DNA of 64,000 nucleotides from an uncultured beta proteobacterium (GTDB taxonomy: Bacteria; Pseudomonadota; Gammaproteobacteria; Burkholderiales; Gallionellaceae). Below are positions 7,954-16,870 of the stretch, piece by piece (the first letter of the stretch is position 1; each line of letters starts with the position of its first letter). The notes beneath the pieces were generated by a model. It was given only the letters and a program-made list of their open reading frames with translations. It did not search any database and had not been told where the DNA came from. The position numbers and the translations under genes are program-made. The stretch covers positions 147,453 to 211,452 of the forward strand of contig CAVRKV010000008.1 in NCBI GenBank assembly GCA_963721755.1. The letters are read 5' to 3'.

Positions 7954-8937
7954 TCATGTTCGGATTTGCTGCGGCAAATTGAACAACGCGATCCTGCGCA
8001 AACATTCATCACGATGCGCAATGCCATTGTTGGTGGGAGAGTCACCATCCGGCAAACGCAGACCGTAGCGCAAACCCTGTGCCTCGGCGTCCAGCACCCA
8101 GCGGGCCATGCGCGCCAGTTTTTCTTCTTCGTTGCGATCCGGGGTATCGGAATAATCCAGCCACAATTCTTCGCCGAGCGGCGTGGAAAATTGCTTCACC
8201 TGCAAACCCCGTTCGTGCGCATAGGCTTTCCATGCAATGCGCGGCAAGGCATCGCCTGCGGCATATTTGCGCAGTCCTGAAAAATCCTCATCACCGGCTA
8301 CGCTGCGTTTTCCTGTGCCGTCCGGCGAGCTGCCGAACGGCAGCGGGGCATCACTCAAAGGTTTAGGGTAGACCAGGCAACGCGTATCGAAATGCAGATA
8401 CGTCCAGGCGTAGAACAAGCCGAGCGGGAATTCGGTGTACAGCGTCATGCGACCTAATTGAAGCCAGCCGCGCCTTGTGGCGGGTAGAGGAAAGGCGATT
8501 TCAGTATCTTGTTCGGCGGGGGCGTCGAACTCCAGCGGCGTGTTGGAGTTTTTCCAAAACGATACGCCGGTCTGCACCAGACAAATCTGGTAGCGCGACA
8601 ATTTGCTGCGATTGTTGAAGTGGAAAATGAATCGCGCGATTTTTCCGCTGAATACAGGTTCGGCACGACCCGCGCGTATCTTCAGATGTGCAAGATTGCG
8701 AAAAGCATGCAGCATGGACATCACTGCCATCATCGTCAGCAGAAAGGTCAGCACATAACCGAGGCTCAAGTTGTAGTTGATGTCGCCGAGCAGCAGCATC
8801 AGCAGCACGAAGCAAAGCGTGAAACCCTGTTTGGTGGGGATGATGAAGATGCGGCGCTGCGTCAGTGTGACCGTGCCGGTCTCTGCGGTGCGGCTGAACG
8901 CCCAATTGCGGAATTTTTGTTGGAGTGTGGCGAGCAC
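7954..8937 (-). CDS. DUF58 domain protein (MoxR-associated, vWA-like)
   Basis: GTG start. Contains the DUF58 signature GDEDFSGLRKYAAGDALPRIAWKAYAHERGLQVKQF. Sits between the MoxR ATPase gene and the transglutaminase gene, as in known MoxR operons. Confidence 0.8.
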   Translation of the reverse strand: MLATLQQKFRNWAFSRTAETGTVTLTQRRIFIIPTKQGFTLCFVLLMLLLGDINYNLSLGYVLTFLLTMMAVMSMLHAFRNLAHLKIRAGRAEPVFSGKIARFIFHFNNRSKLSRYQICLVQTGVSFWKNSNTPLEFDAPAEQDTEIAFPLPATRRGWLQLGRMTLYTEFPLGLFYAWTYLHFDTRCLVYPKPLSDAPLPFGSSPDGTGKRSVAGDEDFSGLRKYAAGDALPRIAWKAYAHERGLQVKQFSTPLGEELWLDYSDTPDRNEEEKLARMARWVLDAEAQGLRYGLRLPDGDSPTNNGIAHRDECLRRIALFNLPQQIRT

Positions 8938-8940
8938 AGG

Positions 8941-9195
8941 CTAGTTCGCTTGCTTCCCGAATAGCTTTTGGATTAATGCATCCTTTGTCATGCTGTGATG
9001 CGATGCAACATCTGAAAGTATAGCTGCCAGTGTGCCGATGCGTAGCGGGTCATGCAGCGGGACGGTTATGTGATGTTCCTTTGCGGAGTGGCTCGTTAGC
9101 CGCACATGGCTGCCGGTCTGGCGTGTTGTCCGATAGCCAAGTTGCTCCAATGTCTTGATGAGTTGCGCGCCAGTCAGGTTGCGCGGTAACTTCAT
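8941..9195 (-). CDS. hicA: HicA-family toxin (YcfA-like mRNA interferase)
   Basis: 84 aa. LTGAQLIKTLEQLGYRTTRQTGSHVRLTS..HHITVPLHDPLRIGTLAAILSDVA follows the HicA pattern (xxLIKxLExxGW...GSHxxx...VPxHxxxLxxGTLxxILKQAG). Its ATG overlaps the upstream hicB stop (ATGA). Confidence 0.75.
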   Translation of the reverse strand: MKLPRNLTGAQLIKTLEQLGYRTTRQTGSHVRLTSHSAKEHHITVPLHDPLRIGTLAAILSDVASHHSMTKDALIQKLFGKQAN

Positions 9196-9398
9196 ACTGC
9201 AAGCACTTCTTCGCGCGTGAAGTGCAGCCTGATGATCTTTGGCGCTTTCCCTTCCTCAAAATGGCAATGCACTGCCTCGCGTACTTGCCGGTGCAGGCTT
9301 TTAATGTCGTCTGCTTCGGTAAAAATGGATTCGCCCAGCGCACGAGCTGTTAACCCGCCTTCAGGCGCCTCTTCGACTATAAATAGAATCTCGTTCAT
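9192..9398 (-). CDS. hicB: HicB-like antitoxin, N-terminal fold only (no obvious DNA-binding domain)
   Basis: 68 aa counted from the internal ATG at 9398, which is preceded by AAAGGA. MNEILFIVEEAPEGGLTARALGESIFTEADDIKSLHRQVREAV resembles the HicB/DUF1902-type fold. It is translationally coupled to hicA. Confidence 0.6.
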   Translation of the reverse strand: MNEILFIVEEAPEGGLTARALGESIFTEADDIKSLHRQVREAVHCHFEEGKAPKIIRLHFTREEVLAV

Positions 9399-9447
9399 TT
9401 TGCATCCTTTCGATGGAAAGTGGCGCATATTCTAGCATTGCTCTGCG

Positions 9448-10380
9448 TCAAGGAATGGCAACCGCTTCAATCAATTCGCGAACCAGCACACCGCTATTTT
9501 GTTTGGCGTATTCGCCGACCGCCTGCAAGCGGTGGCTGGCCACGCCGGGCAACACGGCCTGCACATCTTCGGGGATCACGGCGTCGCGCGCATCCAGCAA
9601 TGCCCAGGCGCGTGCGGCGGACAACAGCGCGAGCCCGGCGCGCGGCGACAGGCCGTGCGTGTAGCGCGCTTCTTCGCGCGTGTAACGCAGGATAGCCTGC
9701 ACATAATCGAGCAATGCGGCTGAGACGAAAATTTCCCGCGCACGTTTTTGCAATGCGAGCAGCTCGCTGCTTTCCATTTGCGGATGAAGCTGGGCGACGA
9801 TCTCGCGCCTGTCCACGCCGGACAGCAGGCCGCGCTCCGCATGCGCATCGGGATAGCCCATCTGGATGCGCATCAGGAAGCGGTCGAGCTGCGATTCCGG
9901 CAGCGCGAAGGTGCCGATCTGGTATGCCGGATTCTGTGTGGCGATGACGAAGAACGGGGCGGGCAACGCGCGCGTCGTGCCTTCGATGGTCACCTGCTGT
10001 TCTTCCATCGCTTCCAGCAGCGCGCTCTGCGCCTTGGGCGTGGCGCGATTGATCTCGTCTGCCAGGATCATTTGCGCGAAGATCGGGCCGGGATGGAATT
10101 TGAATTCACCGACCCTTGCTTCGATACCAGGGCGCTCGTATACCGACACGCCGAGGATGTCGGCGGGTAGCAGGTCGCTGGTGAACTGGATGCGCTGGAA
10201 CTGCAAGCCCAGCGTGCGCGCCAGAACATGTGCCAGCGTGGTCTTGCCGACTCCCGGCAGATCCTCGATCAACAAATGGCCGCGCGCCAGCAGGCAGGCA
10301 AGCGCGAAGCGGATCTGTTGCGGCTTGCCGAGGATGATCTGCTCGGCCTGGCGGATGACGTTGTTCAGGTTTTGGCTCAT
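9448..10380 (-). CDS. MoxR-family AAA+ ATPase
   Basis: HLLIEDLPGVGKTTLAHVLARTLGLQFQRIQFTSDLLPADILG plus ADEINRATPKAQSALLEAMEE (Walker A/B and the sensor region of the MoxR class). Confidence 0.9.
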   Translation of the reverse strand: MSQNLNNVIRQAEQIILGKPQQIRFALACLLARGHLLIEDLPGVGKTTLAHVLARTLGLQFQRIQFTSDLLPADILGVSVYERPGIEARVGEFKFHPGPIFAQMILADEINRATPKAQSALLEAMEEQQVTIEGTTRALPAPFFVIATQNPAYQIGTFALPESQLDRFLMRIQMGYPDAHAERGLLSGVDRREIVAQLHPQMESSELLALQKRAREIFVSAALLDYVQAILRYTREEARYTHGLSPRAGLALLSAARAWALLDARDAVIPEDVQAVLPGVASHRLQAVGEYAKQNSGVLVRELIEAVAIP

Positions 10381-10389
10381 TGCCTTCCT

Positions 10390-10758
10390 TTAGATCAGAA
10401 TCGCGGCGGCTACTCTGCGACCTTCCGCCACCAGTATGTTGTATGTGCGGCACGCGGCAGGGGTGTCCATGCATTCCACGCCTATGCCCGCATCGGTCAA
10501 TGTCCGATAAAGGCGCGGATGCGGAAATTGCTGCGTTGACCCGGTGCCAAGCAGCAGCACATCCGGCTTGATGGCGACGAAATAGGTGAAATGCGCCTCA
10601 TTCAATTCGTCGAAGCTGGCGACGATCCAGTCGCTGCGCACCTCTTCAGCCAGCACCACGATGCTGCGTTCATGGCGTTCGCCATTAACCATCACATGAT
10701 CCGTGCCGTGGGCGGTGAACATTTTGGTATCGCCGGGATTGGCTAAGTGCAGTTTCAC
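10390..10758 (-). CDS. Mth938-like domain protein (DUF498/NDUFAF3 family)
   Basis: 122 aa. LLLGTGSTQQFPHPRLYRTLTDAGIGVECMDTPAACRTYNILVAEGRRVAAA matches the conserved C-terminal half of Mth938-domain proteins. Confidence 0.65.
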   Translation of the reverse strand: MKLHLANPGDTKMFTAHGTDHVMVNGERHERSIVVLAEEVRSDWIVASFDELNEAHFTYFVAIKPDVLLLGTGSTQQFPHPRLYRTLTDAGIGVECMDTPAACRTYNILVAEGRRVAAAILI

Positions 10759-10924
10759 GGTATTACCCCAACTTTCTCAATGGAATTTGCTGTGCGGAGG
10801 CTGCGCGGGTAAAATCCCGCCCTTTGCAGCTCCATGGCGAATTCTAACATTGTGACCTGGCATTGTGCCTTGGGCACCGGGCAGCACCCGAAAACTTGAA
10901 AAAACATCCAGAGTAAATATTAAA

Positions 10925-12163
10925 GTGAAACCAATCCTTAAATCCACCAAACTCTCCAACGTGTGCTACGACATCCGCGGGCCGGTGATGGAACGCGCCA
11001 AGCAGATGGAGGAAGAAGGCCAGCGCATCATCAAGCTGAACATCGGCAATCTCGCTCCGTTCGGCTTTGAGGCGCCGGAAGAGATCCAGCAGGACGTGAT
11101 TCTGAACCTGCCGAATTCGTCAGGCTATTCCGATTCAAAGGGCATGTTCGCGGCGCGCAAGGCGATCATGCATTACTGCCAGTCCAAGAAGATTACGGGT
11201 GTGATGCTGGAAGATATCTACATCGGCAACGGCGCGTCGGAACTCATCGTGATGTCGATGCAGGGCTTGCTCAACACCGGCGACGAAGTGCTGATCCCCA
11301 CGCCGGACTACCCGCTGTGGACCGCGGCAGTGACGCTGGCGGGCGGCACGCCGCGCCATTACGTCTGCGACGAGCAGAACGAATGGATGCCCGATCTTGC
11401 CGATATGCGCAGCAAGATCACGCCCAGGACGCGCGCCATCGTCATCATCAATCCGAACAATCCGACCGGCGCGCTGTACTCCGACGAGTTGTTGCGCGAA
11501 GTGGTGCAAATCGCGCGCGAGCGTGACCTGATCATTTTCGCCGACGAGATCTACGACAAGATGCTGTATGACGGCGCGACGCACACTGCAATTGCCTCGC
11601 TGGCCGATGACGTGTTGTTCGTGACGCTGAACGGCTTGTCGAAAAATTATCGGGCCTGCGGTTACCGGGCCGGCTGGATGGTGGTGTCCGGCGAGAAAAA
11701 GCACGCGCAGGATTACATCAACGGCCTGACGATACTGGCTTCGATGCGGCTGTGTTCCAACGTGCCCGGGCAGTTCGCGATCCAGACCGCGCTGGGCGGT
11801 TATCAGAGCATCAACGATCTGGTTGCACCCGGCGGGCGCTTGTGCAAACAGCGCGATCTCGCTTACAAGCTGCTCACCGATATCCCCGGCGTGACCTGCG
11901 TCAAGCCCAAGGCCGCGCTGTACCTGTTCCCGCGCTTCGATCCTAAGATATATCCGATCAAGGACGACCAGAAATTCATTCTCGAATTGCTGGAGACCGA
12001 GAAGGTACTGGTGGTGCAGGGCACCGGTTTCAACTGGATACACCCCGACCATATCCGCGTGGTGTTCCTGCCCAATGCCGATGACCTGACCGAAGCGATG
12101 GGGCGCATCGCAAGGTTTTTGGAGAACTACCGCAAGCACCACGGCACAGAAACCAGTCGCTAG
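10925..12163 (+). CDS. alaA: Glutamate-pyruvate (alanine) aminotransferase, class I PLP enzyme
   Basis: Collinear by eye with E. coli AlaA (KSxKLxNVCYDIRGPV...LNIGN.APFGF.AP...SKxYRxxGxRxGWMV). A GTG at 10925 gives the AlaA-like N-terminus; the ORF-track start at 10865 looks too long. Confidence 0.85.
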   Translation: MKPILKSTKLSNVCYDIRGPVMERAKQMEEEGQRIIKLNIGNLAPFGFEAPEEIQQDVILNLPNSSGYSDSKGMFAARKAIMHYCQSKKITGVMLEDIYIGNGASELIVMSMQGLLNTGDEVLIPTPDYPLWTAAVTLAGGTPRHYVCDEQNEWMPDLADMRSKITPRTRAIVIINPNNPTGALYSDELLREVVQIARERDLIIFADEIYDKMLYDGATHTAIASLADDVLFVTLNGLSKNYRACGYRAGWMVVSGEKKHAQDYINGLTILASMRLCSNVPGQFAIQTALGGYQSINDLVAPGGRLCKQRDLAYKLLTDIPGVTCVKPKAALYLFPRFDPKIYPIKDDQKFILELLETEKVLVVQGTGFNWIHPDHIRVVFLPNADDLTEAMGRIARFLENYRKHHGTETSR

Positions 12164-12220
12164 TCGCTAGTTAAATCAAAAATCCGCGTAGCGGACAACA
12201 CTAACTAACGACTAGTGGCT
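12155..12220. repeat. Imperfect hairpin repeat (TAGTCGCTAGT family) overlapping the alaA stop codon
   Basis: The arms AGTCGCTAGTCGCTAGTTA (12155-12173) and TAACTAACGACTAGTGGCT (12202-12220) are complementary at 16 of 19 positions. The loop holds a small CCGC-GTA-GCGG hairpin. Confidence 0.55.
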
Positions 12221-12249
12221 AACGATTTAATATCACACTTAGGATTGAA

Positions 12250-13575
12250 TTGATGAACGTACTTAAACCTATCAACGTAGGACTGCTGGGCATAGGCACA
12301 GTCGGCGGCGGCACCTTCACCGTGCTGCAGCGCAACGCCGACGAGATCGCGCGGCGTGCCGGTCGTCCGATCCGTATCACCGTGGTGGCGGACAAGAATC
12401 TGGAGCTGGCGAAGAAAGTCACCGGCGGCAAATGCCGCGTGACCGATGATGCGTTCTCGGTGGTGAGCGATCCCGAAGTGGACATCGTCATCGAGCTGAT
12501 CGGCGGCTATGGCGTGGCGAAAGAACTGGTGCTGAAAGCCATCGCGAACGGCAAACATGTCGTCACCGCGAACAAGGCGCTGCTTGCGACGCATGGCAAC
12601 GAAATCTTCAAGGCCGCGCAGGACAAGGGCGTGATGGTCGCGTTCGAGGCGGCGGTGGCGGGCGGCATCCCGATCATCAAGGCATTGCGCGAAGGGCTGA
12701 CTGCGAACCGCATCGAGTGGATCGCCGGCATCATCAACGGCACCACCAACTTCATCCTGTCGGAGATGCGCGACAAGGGCCTGAGCTTCGACACCGTGCT
12801 GAAAGAGGCGCAGCGCTTGGGGTATGCCGAAGCAGATCCGACCTTCGACATCGAGGGCGTGGACGCCGCGCACAAGATCACGATACTTTCTTCGTTAGCA
12901 TTTGGCATCCCGATGCAGTTCGACAAGGCATACATCGAAGGCATTTCCAAGCTGGATGCGATCGACATCAAATACGCCGAACAGCTCGGCTATCGCATCA
13001 AACTGCTGGGCATCACCAAGCGCACACCGGAAGGCGTGGAGCTGCGCGTTCATCCCACGCTGATCCCGGCCAAGCGCCTGATCGCCAACGTCGAGGGTGC
13101 GATGAACGCCGTGCTGGTGCAGGGCGATGCGGTCGGCGCGACGCTGTATTACGGCAAGGGCGCAGGCGCAGAACCTACCGCCAGCGCGGTGATCGCCGAT
13201 CTGGTGGACGTGACACGCATGCACACCGCCGATCCGGAGAACCGCGTGCCGCATCTCGCGTTCCAGCCGAACGCGATGGCCGACCTGAAGATTCTTCCGA
13301 TGGACGAGGTGCAGACCAGCTACTACCTGCGCCTGCGCGTGCAGGACAAACCCGGCGTGCTGGCCGACATCACGCGCATCCTCGCCGACGAGCAGATCTC
13401 GATAGACGCAGTGATCCAGAAGGAACCGGGCGAAGGCGAAGACCAGACCGACCTCATCATGCTCACCCACCTGACCCGCGAAAAGCGCATCAATGCGGCG
13501 ATCAGGAAGATCGAGGCTTTGGGCGTGGTGGCGGGCAAGGTGATCAAAATAAGGCTGGAAGAACTGGGGAAATAA
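12250..13575 (+). CDS. hom: Homoserine dehydrogenase
   Basis: N-terminal Rossmann motif GLLGIGTVGGG, the central homoserine dehydrogenase catalytic region, and a C-terminal ACT-like domain. Located directly upstream of thrC. Confidence 0.9.
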   Translation: MMNVLKPINVGLLGIGTVGGGTFTVLQRNADEIARRAGRPIRITVVADKNLELAKKVTGGKCRVTDDAFSVVSDPEVDIVIELIGGYGVAKELVLKAIANGKHVVTANKALLATHGNEIFKAAQDKGVMVAFEAAVAGGIPIIKALREGLTANRIEWIAGIINGTTNFILSEMRDKGLSFDTVLKEAQRLGYAEADPTFDIEGVDAAHKITILSSLAFGIPMQFDKAYIEGISKLDAIDIKYAEQLGYRIKLLGITKRTPEGVELRVHPTLIPAKRLIANVEGAMNAVLVQGDAVGATLYYGKGAGAEPTASAVIADLVDVTRMHTADPENRVPHLAFQPNAMADLKILPMDEVQTSYYLRLRVQDKPGVLADITRILADEQISIDAVIQKEPGEGEDQTDLIMLTHLTREKRINAAIRKIEALGVVAGKVIKIRLEELGK

Positions 13576-13724
13576 AAACCTGCTGCGCAGCCAGATTGCG
13601 GTGTTGCGCGGTGCTCGAAATCCTCATGCACTAACATGTGCATTCCGGTTTCTGCGCTCCGTGCGCCTTGCACTCTGACTGCTCGCTACGGTTTTTGGGT
13701 TCGGCCAAAAAACGAGAGGCGAAG

Positions 13725-14033
13725 ATGAATCAGTACCGAGTTTTGTTCGATGAGTTGGAATGGCAGGACGGGATTCGCGGTGCACGTTTCAAGGTGCATC
13801 GGGAAGGCAGTAAGCAGATACGGTTGCTCGAATTTACTTCGGAATTCGTAGAGCTGGAGTGGTGTACAAAAGGACATACGGGGCTCGTGCTGAAAGGTGA
13901 GCTGGAAATAGATTTTTGCGGCAAGCTTGTGCGGTTTCCGGAAGGAAGCGGACTGTTCATCCCTGCCGGAGAGAAACACAAAGGTCGCCCAATCACTTCA
14001 AGTGTGCTGCTTTTCCTGGTTGAAGACATTTAG
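13725..14033 (+). CDS. Cupin-domain protein
   Basis: 102 aa counted from the ATG at 13725, which is preceded by GAGAGG. A beta-rich sequence with the GHTGLVLKGELEI..G..FIPAGEKH pattern typical of small cupins. Confidence 0.6.
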   Translation: MNQYRVLFDELEWQDGIRGARFKVHREGSKQIRLLEFTSEFVELEWCTKGHTGLVLKGELEIDFCGKLVRFPEGSGLFIPAGEKHKGRPITSSVLLFLVEDI

Positions 14034-14061
14034 CGTTCTTTGAACGATAGCGAATATCAAG

Positions 14062-15495
14062 ATGAAATACATCTCCACACGCGGCAATGCGCCCGCCAAA
14101 ACATTCACCGAAATCCTGCTCGGCGGCCTTGCGCCCGATGGCGGCCTGTATCTGCCGGAGCAATATCCGCAGGTGACGCGCGCCGAGCTGGATGCGTGGC
14201 GCAAGCTGTCTTATGCTGACCTCGCGTTCGCGGTGTTGTCCAAATTTGCCACCGACATTCCGGCGGCCGATCTCAAGGCCATCATCAGCAAGACCTACAC
14301 CGCTGCGGTGTACAGCAACGGCCGCGCCGATTCCGATTTCAAACAGATCACTCCACTGCGCACGCTGGAGCCGGGCGTGCACATCCTCGAACTCTCCAAT
14401 GGCCCGACGCTGGCGTTCAAGGACATGGCGATGCAATTGCTCGGCAACCTGTTCGAATACGCGCTCGACAAGCAGCATGCCGAGTTGAACATCCTCGGCG
14501 CGACCTCCGGGGACACCGGTTCCGCAGCCGAATATGCGATGCGCGGCAAGCGCGGCATCCGCGTGTTCATGCTGTCGCCGCATGGCAAGATGTCAAGCTT
14601 CCAGCGTGCGCAGATGTATTCGCTGCAAGACCCGAACATCTTCAACATCGCGATCAACGGCATGTTCGACGACGCGCAGGACATGGTGAAGGCAGTGTCC
14701 AACGATCACGCCTTCAAGGCGAAGTACAAGATTGGCACAGTGAATTCGATCAACTGGGCGCGAGTGTCTGCGCAGATCGTTTACTACTTCAAGGGCTACT
14801 TCGCCGCGACCAAATCCAGCGACGAGCAGGTCGCGTTCTCGGTGCCGTCCGGCAACTTCGGCAACATCTGCGCCGGGCACATCGCGCGCATGATGGGCCT
14901 GCCGATCGGCCAGCTGATCCTCGCGACCAACGAGAACGACGTGCTCGACGAATTCTTCCGCACCGGCGTGTACCGCCCGCGCGACACCAAACACACTTAC
15001 GAGACCAGCAGCCCGTCGATGGACATCTCCAAGGCGAGCAACTTCGAGCGCTTCGTGTTCGACCTGGTCGGGCGTGACGGCGCGAAGGTGCGCGAATTCT
15101 GGAGCAAGGTGGACAAGGGCAGCTCTTTCGACATCAAGGGAACGGCTTACTGGGATGCGCTGCCGAAATTTGAATTCGCCTCCGGCAAAAGCGTCCATCA
15201 GGATCGTTTGAAAACCATCCGCGAGCTGTGGGAGGAATACGGCGTGATGATAGACACCCACACCGCCGACGGACTCAAAGTAGGGCTGGCGCAGCGCCGT
15301 CCCAACCTGCCGCTGATCTGCCTGGAGACTGCATTGCCCGCCAAGTTCGCCGAGACCATACAGGAAGCGTTGGGTCGCGAACCGGAACGCCCGGCTGCAC
15401 TGGAAGGCATCGAGAAGCTGCCGCAACGCTGCGAATTGATGGATGCTGATGCGGCCAAATTGAAAGCATACATCGCGGCAAGAGTGCCGGCGTAA
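14062..15495 (+). CDS. thrC: Threonine synthase (long form)
   Basis: MKYISTRG N-terminus and the PLP lysine context GPTLAFKDMAMQ. 477 aa, downstream of hom. Confidence 0.9.
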   Translation: MKYISTRGNAPAKTFTEILLGGLAPDGGLYLPEQYPQVTRAELDAWRKLSYADLAFAVLSKFATDIPAADLKAIISKTYTAAVYSNGRADSDFKQITPLRTLEPGVHILELSNGPTLAFKDMAMQLLGNLFEYALDKQHAELNILGATSGDTGSAAEYAMRGKRGIRVFMLSPHGKMSSFQRAQMYSLQDPNIFNIAINGMFDDAQDMVKAVSNDHAFKAKYKIGTVNSINWARVSAQIVYYFKGYFAATKSSDEQVAFSVPSGNFGNICAGHIARMMGLPIGQLILATNENDVLDEFFRTGVYRPRDTKHTYETSSPSMDISKASNFERFVFDLVGRDGAKVREFWSKVDKGSSFDIKGTAYWDALPKFEFASGKSVHQDRLKTIRELWEEYGVMIDTHTADGLKVGLAQRRPNLPLICLETALPAKFAETIQEALGREPERPAALEGIEKLPQRCELMDADAAKLKAYIAARVPA

Positions 15496-15523
15496 TCCAT
15501 ATTCTTAGAGCATCGAAGCATCC

Positions 15524-15736
15524 ATGGAAATTCAAACCAAATCAGTGCTTATCTGTCCCGTGTGCGGTTTCGCCAAGGAAGAAGAGATGCCTTCTGATGC
15601 GTGCCAATGGTTTTATGAATGCTCGAATTGTCGAACGCTACTCAAACCCAAAGCGGGCGATTGTTGTGTCTATTGCTCTTATGGAACGGTTCCTTGTCCG
15701 CCGATTCAGCGTGGTGGTAAGGTTGGTTGCTGTTAA
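15524..15736 (+). CDS. GDCCVxC-domain small Cys-rich protein (putative metal binding)
   Basis: 70 aa with CPVC, CSNC, GDCCVYC and a terminal GCC. This matches the family named GDCCVxC domain-containing (seleno)protein. Confidence 0.7.
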   Translation: MEIQTKSVLICPVCGFAKEEEMPSDACQWFYECSNCRTLLKPKAGDCCVYCSYGTVPCPPIQRGGKVGCC

Positions 15737-15797
15737 AAGCGCTCCAACATTCGGTCAATAAGTGTGCAGACATTTTTGATACGCATAATGTAACTAA

Positions 15798-16703
15798 GTG
15801 AATAACCTCCTCCTCCTCATTTTCTGCTTCGTCATCGGCATGCTGTTGCACCGCTTCAAGCGCATGCCGGTCAACACGCCAGCCGTTCTCAACAGTTTTA
15901 TCATCCATGTTTCCCTCCCCGCGCTGACGTTATTGTATGTGCATGACCTGAAGATCAGCGGCGATGTCGGCCTGATGGCGGCGATGGGATGGATTTGTTT
16001 TGCGCTGTCCGCGGGTTTTTTCCGGCTCGTCGGGCGCTGTCTGGATCTGCCGCGACGCACCGTGGGCGCATTGATATTGACCGGTGGATTGGGCAATACC
16101 TCATACGTCGGTTTGCCGATGATAGAGGCGTATTACGGTCACCAGGGACTCGCCAGCGGCATCATCGTCGACCAGCTCGGTTCCTTTTTGGTGCTCTCCA
16201 CATTGGGTATCACCTTTGCCGGCATCTATTCCTTGGGCCGCCCCAGCGCCGGTGAAATGGCCAGGCGTATCTTGCTGTTCCCCCCATTCATCGCATTGGT
16301 GATCGCGCTGCTGTTGATCCCTCTAGAGTATCCGGTATGGCTCACGATCGTGCTCAAGCGCATGGGCGATACCTTGGCACCGCTGGCGCTGTTCGCGGTC
16401 GGCTTTCAATTGCGTCTGGGCCATCTCGCGGGCAATGGCAGGAACCTCGCCATAGGCCTTGCATTCAAGCTGGTGCTGGCGCCGCTGGTATTGTTCTTGT
16501 TATATGTTCCGCTGCTCGGCGCGCATGGTCAGGCGATACAGATCACGCTGTTCGAAGCGGCCATGCCGCCGATGATCACCGCCGCGATCCTCGCGACCGA
16601 GCACGACCTCGATCCGCCGTTGGCGACGCTGATGATCACAGTGGGATTGGTACTTTCATTCGCGACCCTGACCGGCTGGTGGTGGCTGATGCAGGTCGTA
16701 TAA
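15798..16703 (+). CDS. AEC-family (auxin efflux carrier-like) transporter
   Basis: 301 aa, GTG start, about 10 hydrophobic segments, with the conserved GLGNTSYVGLPM block of AEC permeases. Confidence 0.75.
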   Translation: MNNLLLLIFCFVIGMLLHRFKRMPVNTPAVLNSFIIHVSLPALTLLYVHDLKISGDVGLMAAMGWICFALSAGFFRLVGRCLDLPRRTVGALILTGGLGNTSYVGLPMIEAYYGHQGLASGIIVDQLGSFLVLSTLGITFAGIYSLGRPSAGEMARRILLFPPFIALVIALLLIPLEYPVWLTIVLKRMGDTLAPLALFAVGFQLRLGHLAGNGRNLAIGLAFKLVLAPLVLFLLYVPLLGAHGQAIQITLFEAAMPPMITAAILATEHDLDPPLATLMITVGLVLSFATLTGWWWLMQVV

Positions 16704-16870
16704 AGAAAATGTGTTATTGCCTTGAGTGTATGACCGCTACCGCCCCAAAAGGAGACAGTGGGTCTCATCCAAGGCGCACACCCAAACATTTCCTATGGAA
16801 CATAGCTTGAAGCCTGCGCAGGGAACTTATTGATGGATATTCGACCTATCCAAGCGTTGGCGTAAGCCAT

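Noticed and set aside
6880-8280. 466-aa plus-strand ORF, together with many other long ORFs opposite annotated genes: 6118-6855, 11135-12142, 12205-12873, 14593-15426, 34903-35982, 41716-42576, 56364-57542, 60636-61409, 62704-63366.
   Set aside because: These are antisense shadow ORFs typical of high-GC DNA. Their translations are Arg/His/Gly/Gln-rich with no motifs, and each lies opposite a gene with clear family signatures.
10865-10924. Upstream extension of alaA offered by the ORF track (also the extensions of int to 5001, the cupin gene to 13638, hppA to 36090, xseA to 41197, aroA to 54125 and pyrF to 59825).
   Set aside because: In each case an internal start has a ribosome-binding site, matches the N-terminus of the known family, or both. 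The extensions overlap neighbouring genes or terminators.
12717-13634. 305-aa plus-strand ORF in an alternative frame of hom.
   Set aside because: It has an Arg/Gly/Asp-rich low-complexity translation. The frame at 12250-13575 encodes a recognisable homoserine dehydrogenase.
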